In this document: one piece after another, positions 52,080 through 60,249 of the stretch
Layout of the letters: each line of letters opens with the position of its first letter
How positions within the stretch are numbered: the first letter of the stretch is position 1
Assembly: GCA_965219415.1 (NCBI GenBank)
Contig: CBDCNP010000002.1
Location: 2,912,001-2,976,000 of the forward strand
Source: Candidatus Marinacidobacterales bacterium
Lineage (GTDB): Bacteria; Acidobacteriota; Vicinamibacteria; Marinacidobacterales; DATDRI01
Length of the DNA stretch: 64,000 nt
Direction of reading: 5' to 3'
Translations under genes and position numbers: made by a program
The notes under the pieces: model-generated
The model's input: the letters and a program-made list of their open reading frames with translations, nothing else
What the model was told of the DNA's origin: nothing
The model's database searches: none

Positions 52080-52925
52080 CTACTCTCCCGCGATAGTCTC
52101 CGCGAGCCACGCTGTTAACTCGGGGTAGACCGCAAGGTCGAGGACGAACTCTTGCCCTTTTGCGACGACACTCAGATGAGCGCGTTGGCCCTTCAGCGTC
52201 CAACGGTCTAATGAGCCGTGATACGTCAAAGGAGGTCGTCCGCTCGGTAGGAACCCGCTGGGCAAGGACCATTCCGAGGCATTCTTCGCCCCTTGCGCGG
52301 TTAGGCGTCGCTTGTCCGAGGCGAATTCGAAAACGCCAAACCCGCGAATCGCGCCTACATCTACGCCTGGCAACGAGAGTGCCTTATTCGCGACGTAGAG
52401 CGTGTTCGTCGGATCTGGCGGGAATGCTAGGTGAGGATGGGCTTGGGCCCATCGCCACTCGCTACCACCGCTACGAACGACGTCGTCGACTGGAGCTACG
52501 TCGCCGACCTGCAGCCAGCCCCAAACATGATGTTCTGGCCGTCCCAATTTCCTCAACTCGTCGTCTACTGGCTGAAACGAGCCCCAGAAGAGGAAGACGT
52601 CGCCAACGCCGACGCCTTGATTTCGAAGGTGACCTTGAGCGGTTCTGTGTTGACCCAACGTTGCCCGCCATCCTGGATTTCGAGGAGCTAGGTTTCTCGC
52701 AAGATCTGGGTCGATGTGTGCGCGATAGTCGCTTCTCTGTTTGCCGCGAGTCAGTTTTGCGACGACGTCTCCAAGGTTGCGCCCGCGCCAGGTCAGGTCT
52801 TTGTAGCGCACCGGCGAACGCTTGTCCGGGATCGGAAGGGAGATCATCGAGCCGTCCGGGAAAATGGGACTCGGGCATCCGCCGCTCGACGAGTCGAATC
52901 CCTTCCGGCTCAAGATTAGCCGCAT
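52080..52925 (-). CDS. Nmad3 (nucleotide-modification-associated domain 3) protein
   Basis: MRLILSRKGFDSSSGGCPSPI.PDG..SLPIP, H.DPD, GDVFLFWG, HPH, GQEFV. Confidence 0.8.
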   Translation of the reverse strand: MRLILSRKGFDSSSGGCPSPIFPDGSMISLPIPDKRSPVRYKDLTWRGRNLGDVVAKLTRGKQRSDYRAHIDPDLARNLAPRNPGWRATLGQHRTAQGHLRNQGVGVGDVFLFWGSFQPVDDELRKLGRPEHHVWGWLQVGDVAPVDDVVRSGGSEWRWAQAHPHLAFPPDPTNTLYVANKALSLPGVDVGAIRGFGVFEFASDKRRLTAQGAKNASEWSLPSGFLPSGRPPLTYHGSLDRWTLKGQRAHLSVVAKGQEFVLDLAVYPELTAWLAETIAGE

Positions 52926-53542
52926 CGCGTCTTTCCCGGTTGCCAGGAGGTGTCGTCCGTGGGCCAGTGCCTCGGTTGGCCCCGAATACCTTGTGGTCGA
53001 GCTTTCAAAAAATCGAGGAGAGCCGACTTCTCCTCATCAGTGAAGTTCACGCGGTTGAACCGAGCGGGCGGTTGAAAGGCGACGTGCGCGGGAAACGGCA
53101 CAGCATCTCCGCCGTAGTAGCAGAACCGTTTCGCGACCAGGACACGCTCGCCGTTGAGGTCGTGGGCCATTCCCCTTTTGTCCTCGCGGTCGTTCTTGTG
53201 ATCCCAATGCTGCGACCGAAGTTGTCGGAAATCGCCGTCGCCTATTGGTGCGTAACAGTTGTCGCCGCATTTATCCACGATTGGTGCTCCTTTGCGCCAA
53301 CGCGGACGCTTGGACCTGAATCTGCGATCCGACCAATACTCTTCGAACGTAAGCGACTCATCCATCCTCATGGCATAAGCGAGATGGTTGTCGAGCTTCC
53401 TCGGCGTAATTCCGACGATCCAGTCTCCTGGACGCGCCTTTCGCCGGATGGCGGGCTTGCAGCACGCGAGCGTGCACCAGCCAAAGAACGGATTCGGCGC
53501 GAAGCCTGAGTCGGCTTTGAGAATGTACGCGTAGATACGCAC
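52916..53542 (-). CDS. Nmad2 (nucleotide-modification-associated domain 2) protein
   Basis: RIYAYILKADSGFAPNPFFGWCTLACCKPAIRR..GDWIVG, GDNCY, VLV...F.YYG; GTG at 53542; overlaps the Nmad3 start. Confidence 0.8.
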   Translation of the reverse strand: MRIYAYILKADSGFAPNPFFGWCTLACCKPAIRRKARPGDWIVGITPRKLDNHLAYAMRMDESLTFEEYWSDRRFRSKRPRWRKGAPIVDKCGDNCYAPIGDGDFRQLRSQHWDHKNDREDKRGMAHDLNGERVLVAKRFCYYGGDAVPFPAHVAFQPPARFNRVNFTDEEKSALLDFLKARPQGIRGQPRHWPTDDTSWQPGKTRCG

Positions 53543-53776
53543 TAAAGTCGATGCACGAAAATGAATCGATAGAGAACTGCCCAGGCTGGCTGTTGCGCGC
53601 GACTTTTTGGGCCTCGCGATTGTCACGGGATCCCGGAGCGACATCCGCACACGCGGTCTCAGGTTAAGAGAACTTGACTGAATTCTCAACGTGCGCCGAG
53701 AACTAGCAGGGATTAGCCGTTGGATTCCGCGTTGCTGGAGCCGGGGCTCGCGACCTGATATCTGGCCCAGGCTGGC

Positions 53777-54151
53777 TCATGGGCTTAAGTGGGCGTACAT
53801 CCGCACCGGCACCGCTTCAGGCGCCGGAAGTCGCGTCTTGGGCTCAAATCCGGCGGCGCGCATGAGGGCTTTCCATTCCGATCCGTGGGGACGGATGTGT
53901 CGGCCGTGGAGCTCGCGCGCGGCGAGGTGGGCGAACTCGTGGCAGAGGACTTCTTCGAGGAGAGCGTTTTCGGATTCTTCGAGGAAGGCGGCGAGGCGGA
54001 TGAGGCGGCGCTCGGGATAGCAGCGGCCGAGGCTTCGGGTTAGTCGGGGGGACCACTCGATGGTGGTTCGGGTGGCGAGATCGGGGGTGCTCCAGAGGTG
54101 GAGCCAGCGGTCGGCGGAGGTGGTGGCTTCAATCGAAAGGGTGGCTTTCAT
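53777..54151 (-). CDS. SprT-like zinc metalloprotease, C-terminal Zn ribbon apparently missing
   Basis: SPRLTRSLGR, HEFAH, PHGSEWKALM. Confidence 0.7.
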   Translation of the reverse strand: MKATLSIEATTSADRWLHLWSTPDLATRTTIEWSPRLTRSLGRCYPERRLIRLAAFLEESENALLEEVLCHEFAHLAARELHGRHIRPHGSEWKALMRAAGFEPKTRLPAPEAVPVRMYAHLSP

Positions 54152-54309
54152 GGCCTCGGGGCGAAGGCTAACACGAAGGGTAAAGCTCGCGACGTTGGCT
54201 GGTTTCGAGTGCCGTTGCCCGTCCTGTGCCAAAACTCGGCCCTTTCGAAATAGACCATAAATCAGCAGCTTAGCGACTGGGCCAAGGGCCCCTAGGCTTT
54301 ACAGTTACC

Positions 54310-55595
54310 TGTGCATCGTCAAAACTGCTCCGCCCACGAAATCAAGGACTTACGCTCCGCTTGAATTCCGGGCCGAAGACGGCGAAACTCCGCCGCTATG
54401 CTCAACGTTGTTGTCTTCCTCGTCTCACTTGGCGTCCGTGCCATTCGGGCGATGTGTCGGCGCCGCGCCGACCTGGTGTTGGAGAACGTCGCTTTGCGGC
54501 AGCAAGTGACGGCGCTGAAGAAAGAGCGCCCACGCCCACCGCTCGACGACACGGAACGGGCTTTCTGGGTTGCCCTTCGAGGTTCGTGGCCCGTGTGGGC
54601 GAGCCGCCTGCTCATCGTCCACGCGGACACCGTAGCCCGTTGGCATCGCGACCGATTCCGACGGTACTGGGCAAAGATCTCGCAGCGCCGCCATCCCGGT
54701 CGGCCTCGGATTGATGCCGAGATTCGTCGCCTCGTCCGCACGATGGCGCAAGACGGCTGGGGGGCGCCACGCATCCATGCTGAGCTCACCAAGCTCGGTT
54801 TCATCATCTCCGAGAGCACGGTGTCGCGATACCTGCCGCGGCGTCCCGCGGAGCCCGACCAGCTGAAACGATGGATGGCTTTCTTGCGCAACCATAAAGA
54901 CGATATCGCCGCCATGGATCTGTTCACCGTGCCCACCGCGTCGCTCCGGCTGCTGTACGGCTTCTTCGTCATCGAGCACGGTCGCCGGCACATCGTTCAC
55001 TTCAACGCCACGTTCCACCCGACGTCTGCTTGGGTTATTCAGCAACTACGCGAGGCGTTTCCCTACGACACCGCTCCGAGATATCTCATCTTCGATCGCG
55101 ACTTCATCTTTAACGCTGCGGTCATCGAGTTCATCAAGGCAACGGGCACAAAACCCGTTCGCACTTCGTTTCGCAGCCCATGGCAAAACGGAACCGCGGA
55201 GCGATGGGTCGGCAGCTGCCGTCGCGAGCTCCTTGAGCACGTCGTGGTTCTCGGTGCATGTCATCTCATCCGGCTCGTGCGAGCTTACATCAGCTACTAT
55301 CATGAGGACCGTTGCCACTTGGGGCTGAACAAGGACACACCGAGCTTGAGAACGGTCACGCACCGACCGTCTCCTACGGCGAAAGTAGTCGCACTGCCGC
55401 GAGTCGGTGGACTGCACCATCGATACGAGTGGCGAGAGGCAGCCTGAGTCAGCTTGGTCGCTCGCGTTACTCGGCTGGTCGCCGAGAAGTTCGTCCTCAG
55501 CACCTTCCCTCGCGCGCTGACCACGCTCTCAAGCATGGGCTCGAGGGCGGTCCGGGCCCTAGAGTCCAGTCCCGGATTAATAATGATGATGGACA
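54310..55595 (+). mobile_element. IS481-like (rve) IS, copy 2; transposase 54398-55447
   Basis: Near-identical to 41346-42631, in opposite orientation. Confidence 0.9.
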
Positions 55596-55617
55596 AGTTG
55601 CGCCGTCAGTCGGGGGA

Positions 55618-56907
55618 TTAGTTAGTTAACGGGCTCTTCACGATCTTCCCGCCTTTCATCACGAAGGCCACGTCCTGTAAGGCCCGAATATCGGCGAGCG
55701 GGTCGCTGCGAACGGCGATCAAGTCCGCCTGCAATCCTGGTTTGATGGCGCCGATCGTATCTTCGAGACGCAGAAGCTCGGCGGCGAGAGAGGTGGCGGC
55801 CTTAATGGCCACCATCGGCTCCATGCCCAATCTGACCATGTGAAGAAACTCCACCGCGTTGTCTCCATGCCTGATGGCGCCGGCGTCGGTACCGAAGACG
55901 ATCTTGACGCCCAACTCCATTCCCTTTTGGAAGGCTCTCCGTTGCCGCACTTGAATGCGTTTGAAGAACGCATCTGCCTCTTCCTCCGGCGTTCGAGGTG
56001 CGAAAACGGACAGCGTTGGGCACCAAAAGGTCCCCCGATCCGCCATGAGAGAAAGGATGGATTCGTCGAGTAACATTCCGTGCTCGATTGACCGAACGCC
56101 TCCCAGCACGGAGGCACGTGCGCCGTCTCCACCATAGGCGTGGGCGGCCACGTCCTTCCGAAAGCGACCGGCCTCTTCTACGATCGCGCGGACCTGCTCC
56201 TCGCTCAGTTGAGGAAGCGGATCCATCGTCTCGCGATCGATGTGTCGAAGGGTGCCCGTTGCATATATCTTGATCCAATCCGCGCCGTACTTAATCTGCC
56301 GGCGGACTTCCTTGATCATTTCGTCGGTGGTGTCCGTCATCACCGCGAGTTGCGGAACAAGTTCGTCGATCTCGGGGGCGAGACCGGTGTGGTTCATGTG
56401 ACCACCGGTGATACTGAGGGCAAGCGTGGAGACGAGTAGACGTGGGCCCGGGATGAGGTTCTGGTTGATGGCGTCTCGTATCGCGACGTCTGCGAAGCCC
56501 GCCCCTTCGTTATCCACATCTCGGAGAGTGGTGAAACCTGCTTCGAGCGCTGCCCACGCGGCGGCCGCTCCTTCCAAGGTTCGGAAAGCCACCGACTTGT
56601 TGAGGACCGGGTTGTTCGAGCTGTAGTCCGGGGCGAGGCAGATATGAGTATGACTATCGATCAGGCCGGGTAGCACCGTATAGCCCGAGAGGTCGAGGAC
56701 CTCGGCGTTGGCGGGTGGTCGAACGTTGGCTCCGACGGCACTGATCTTATCCCCTTCCACCAAAATGAGAGCTCCTTCGATCGGCTGGTCGCTCATGCCA
56801 TCGATCAAGCGGTCGGCCCGTATGAGAAGAGGGTGTTCCTCGGAGGCGGCTATGCTCGGCGAGCCGAAAACCGTCAAGATCGCGATCATGGACAGCGCAC
56901 GCTTCAC
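55618..56907 (-). CDS. Secreted amidohydrolase (Xaa-Pro dipeptidase-like)
   Basis: Signal peptide; PGLIDSHTH, GADWIK, AAHAYG, SIEHG, FGTDAG, ADLIAV. Confidence 0.9.
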   Translation of the reverse strand: MKRALSMIAILTVFGSPSIAASEEHPLLIRADRLIDGMSDQPIEGALILVEGDKISAVGANVRPPANAEVLDLSGYTVLPGLIDSHTHICLAPDYSSNNPVLNKSVAFRTLEGAAAAWAALEAGFTTLRDVDNEGAGFADVAIRDAINQNLIPGPRLLVSTLALSITGGHMNHTGLAPEIDELVPQLAVMTDTTDEMIKEVRRQIKYGADWIKIYATGTLRHIDRETMDPLPQLSEEQVRAIVEEAGRFRKDVAAHAYGGDGARASVLGGVRSIEHGMLLDESILSLMADRGTFWCPTLSVFAPRTPEEEADAFFKRIQVRQRRAFQKGMELGVKIVFGTDAGAIRHGDNAVEFLHMVRLGMEPMVAIKAATSLAAELLRLEDTIGAIKPGLQADLIAVRSDPLADIRALQDVAFVMKGGKIVKSPLTN

Positions 56908-57104
56908 GTCTTCCTCCTATCTCTGCATCAGTGCGCGCTCACTCCCCGTGCGCGCGCCCGGCGCCTCGCTCCTCGCTCGGCGCACCCTCCGGCGGCCCAT
57001 GCGGGCCGGGCTCGCTCCGCTCGCAGCAGGCTGCTAGTGCCTCGAGTGCAGGGCTCATTATATGCAAACAGGCCTGTTAGAATATGCTCCCATTGGGTCC
57101 TCGA

Positions 57105-57266
57105 ATGAAAGAGCAGCAAGATCTCTTTAGCTCACGCTGGGGCATTCTGCTTGCCGCCATCGGGATGGCCGTGGGGACGGGCAATATCTGGCGGTTTCCG
57201 CGTGTGGCCGCCGCGAATGGCGGTGGCGCCTTCCTCATCGCCTGGCTGGTTTTCATGTTCGCGTAA
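57105..57266 (+). pseudogene. N-terminal fragment of an NSS-family sodium-dependent transporter
   Basis: FSSRWG.LLAAIGMAVGTGNIWRFP.V..NGGGAF, truncated by an IS5 fragment. Confidence 0.8.
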
Positions 57267-57517
57267 TAGACCCGTTGACCGCCAGGCTTACCGCTCTTGT
57301 CGGCCTTCCAGTTCGCGATTGCCTCCTCGTCAAACCAGACCGTCAAATCGCCCCGGCGGCGCAGCCCTTCGTTGTATTCCGCCCAGTTGGAAACGTGGTA
57401 CTTCTTCTGTTTCGCGTGTTTGTACTGGCTGCGCTTGGGATACTTCATGGTCGAACATTACCTCGGCCACCACCATAGGTAGATTTCGCGCTCAGCCAAG
57501 AGCGGTGCAACAACGCC
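57265..57517 (-). mobile_element. Left-end fragment of the IS5 element at 7131
   Basis: Matches 7131 to about 7383 in reverse complement. Confidence 0.85.
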
Positions 57518-57619
57518 GCCCTGCGGCGCGAAATACCCTGGATTTTGCGCGGATTCCAAGGGCGTCTAAGCTGCTGATTTGTGGGCTATTTCAAAAGGGC
57601 CGAGTTTTGGCACAGGACG

Positions 57620-58009
57620 GGGTCGGCAGCTGCCGTCGCGAGCTCCTTGAGCACGTCGTGGTTCTCGGCGCATGTCATCTCATCCGGCTCGTGCGAGCTT
57701 ACATCAGCTACTATCACGAGGACCGTTGCCACTTGGGGCTGAACAAGGACACACCGAGCTTGAGAGCGGTCACGCACCGACCGTCTCCTACGGCGAAAGT
57801 AGTCGCACTGCCGCGAGTCGGTGGACTGCACCATCGATACGAGTGGCGAGAGGCAGCCTGAGTCAGCTTGGTCGCTCGCGTTACTCGGCTGGTCGCCGAG
57901 AAGTTCGTCCTCAGCACTTTCCCTCGCGCGCTGACCACGCTCTCCAGCATGTGCTCGAGGGCGGTCCGGGCCCTAGAGTCCAGTCCCGGACAAATAATGA
58001 TGATGGACA
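57620..58009 (+). mobile_element. Right-end fragment of the IS481-like element
   Basis: ...GGLHHRYEWREAA followed by the TGATGGACA end. Confidence 0.8.
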
Positions 58010-58123
58010 GGCGTTCCCCTCTGGAGACGGTTGTTTGGCAAACCTAATTCTCAGGCGGGCCAAGGGAGCCGCCGCTACCTCAATTTCAACAATCAGTGGG
58101 ACATCCCCTGTAGGTCGGCCAAG

Positions 58124-59302
58124 TCAACCAAGATGATAGGCAGAGATGACTTCCTCCTTTATCAATCCTCTATGACCGGAACGTGTGGGAGCCAGCAATC
58201 TATCGCTGATCGGGTCGCTGAATCGGTCGAAGAGCGTGAAGCCCTTCTCCTCCAGAATCGTCTGAATAACATCCCAAGTACGAATTCTTGCGCCTCCGAT
58301 AAGGTTGTCTCCGCATACAACCACGAAGCAGGCATTGTGACTCAATGTTTCCTTCACTGCATCGAACGCATTACCCATGTCGTAAAGGTAACGATGGACA
58401 ACTGCGCAAAGCCGAGGAGCGCTAGCCTTTAGGCGCCTCAGCGCTGGTACCAATGCATAGTCTCTCTCAATGGATTCCTGAGGTACTTGCTCCAATAACT
58501 GGCCTCGTTCTGTTCCTACGAAGCGTTCCCGAAGGTCGCTCACTTTAAAGGGCAAGACATCTTCCAATAGATACAACTCAAGCTTGAAGTTTCGGAAGTA
58601 GTCCTGCGCGTTGATGTAAGGCGGAGAGGTTATAGCATGGGAGTGTTTGCCTAGGTCACCAAATCGTCGGCGTGGATCGCAGACATCAGCGCAAACGAAA
58701 CGAGAACGAGCGTTCCCTTTCCAATTGAAACCATAGAGTGCTGAGAGTTGCTCTAATAGTTCGAGGATCGTTCGGTTCGGATCGAAATGCCGGCCAGCTC
58801 TCGAACACCGTGCTTGCCTTGAAATGAAAGGCTTCGGGCTGCGCTGGTCAGCTCTGGAGCAGAGTCTAACCGCGAGTGTGTAACTGAGAAGGATGGCTCT
58901 GCCCTCGGGGCTGTTTCTGAGGGGAACGATCCTACTCGCCGCTCTCAATAGCTCGAACTTATTGAGAGTGCCCTGTGTAAACCAGTAGTCTTTGCCACTC
59001 CAATCAACCGGAAGTGGCCGGATGGATCGCTGTGCCTCCGCGATCCACGTCCTGCCAAGTTCCAGAGCACGAGCGGGATTGAAACCCCTGAGCTTCACGT
59101 AACAGAATAATTCTGAGATCGGATTCAGATCGATGCCGGAAACGGGAAGTCCGGCTTGGTTGGCTGCAACGAGGATCGCGCCCGATCCGCAAAACGGATC
59201 GAGAACGGAATCGGCCCCAGAGGCGTATCGCTGGATTAGACGGTCCGCCAGCTTGGACACCATTTTGGCAGGATAGCGATCCAGTCTCGTGGTCAGCCTC
59301 AC
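58124..59302 (-). CDS. DNA methyltransferase, alpha-class N4-cytosine type
   Basis: RYPAKM, motif I DPFCGSG, GIDLNP, later motif IV TSPPY; GTG at 59302 overlaps the upstream TGA (GTGA). Confidence 0.85.
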   Translation of the reverse strand: MRLTTRLDRYPAKMVSKLADRLIQRYASGADSVLDPFCGSGAILVAANQAGLPVSGIDLNPISELFCYVKLRGFNPARALELGRTWIAEAQRSIRPLPVDWSGKDYWFTQGTLNKFELLRAASRIVPLRNSPEGRAILLSYTLAVRLCSRADQRSPKPFISRQARCSRAGRHFDPNRTILELLEQLSALYGFNWKGNARSRFVCADVCDPRRRFGDLGKHSHAITSPPYINAQDYFRNFKLELYLLEDVLPFKVSDLRERFVGTERGQLLEQVPQESIERDYALVPALRRLKASAPRLCAVVHRYLYDMGNAFDAVKETLSHNACFVVVCGDNLIGGARIRTWDVIQTILEEKGFTLFDRFSDPISDRLLAPTRSGHRGLIKEEVISAYHLG

Positions 59303-60249
59303 CTGTCGTCGGTTGTTTTTAGAATCCAAGTCTCACCGAGTCCTCTGGAATAGAAGGCGTGGTTGTGCCGTAGCGGGCTGGCATAAACGATGGCTGGTGG
59401 ATCGTCTGACTCCCTGATGTAGCTATAGACACCTAGGGTCTGTGGCTTGGTGCCAAGTGGGCAGATGATCCTCGCGAAATCATCTCTCCTAGACTGTCCG
59501 AGAACATTTGTGAGAGTTGTACTTGTGTCGTCTGGATCGAGTGCATCGACCTTGAGGACTGCTTGTTCTTCGACCAAGGCCAGAAGGTCGTGGTTGAACT
59601 GCTCGGTTTTTCCTGTCCAATCTGGCCTGTATGGAGGATGGGGCACTACTAGGGTTGTCTTCATCGGCTGGGTTTGTTCATATACCGCCAACGCCCTATC
59701 ACCTTCATACCCCAAAAACATCATCAAGTGAACAGGCCGACTGAGATCTGGACACGCAGAAAACCCGGGAGTTTGCTGGATGGAAGCGAGTCCGAACGAA
59801 AGCGGGATGTGCTGAGAAACCAGGTAATTTTCTGGCTCACTATACACGACATACAGTCGATCCCAGAGGTCACAGTCATCAAGCCATCTAAGCATCATGA
59901 GCAGATGTCGTTTTGTAAATACGGATATGTCCATCACGACAGCCTTATTGTCGGAACAATTTATAACGTGCTGAAGATGCCGCATGTTGGCGCGGAGGCT
60001 TCTGACCGCGTCCGCTTCGGTGAACTGTAGGACTGTCAACCGAGAGACCATTTTCCGGAATGCGGACTCCATATAGCGATGGTTCTTTTCGCGGATGGGG
60101 TTATAGTCATCGTAGTGGAAGAGGACTACTTCGCTCGGCGACCAACTCTGAGTACGAGACAGAAGGCCCCTGCACCGGTATTCGTGACTAGAACATGTAA
60201 CAAGCACCGCCCCATTGGGCAGGTCCCTTGCTACCAGTTGTTGTCTCAC
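59299..60249 (-). CDS. Hypothetical protein, possibly tandem CARF-like Rossmann domains
   Basis: Two half-repeats: SSHEYRC...DISVFTK and FLGYEGDR...CPLGTK; GTGA overlaps on both sides. Confidence 0.7.
   Translation of the reverse strand: MRQQLVARDLPNGAVLVTCSSHEYRCRGLLSRTQSWSPSEVVLFHYDDYNPIREKNHRYMESAFRKMVSRLTVLQFTEADAVRSLRANMRHLQHVINCSDNKAVVMDISVFTKRHLLMMLRWLDDCDLWDRLYVVYSEPENYLVSQHIPLSFGLASIQQTPGFSACPDLSRPVHLMMFLGYEGDRALAVYEQTQPMKTTLVVPHPPYRPDWTGKTEQFNHDLLALVEEQAVLKVDALDPDDTSTTLTNVLGQSRRDDFARIICPLGTKPQTLGVYSYIRESDDPPAIVYASPLRHNHAFYSRGLGETWILKTTDDR

Noticed and set aside
52160-53509. 449-aa plus-strand ORF
   Set aside because: Arg/Ser-rich antisense shadow of Nmad3 and Nmad2.
41346-55595. 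Composite transposon formed by the two inverted IS481-like copies
   Set aside because: The outer flanks (ATATGT and AGTTGC) show no target duplication and the interior is a mosaic of independent insertions.
56930-57035. GC-rich, self-complementary stretch upstream of the amidohydrolase as a riboswitch or ncRNA
   Set aside because: No recognisable conserved motif and only one copy in the window; may be REP-like but cannot be supported.
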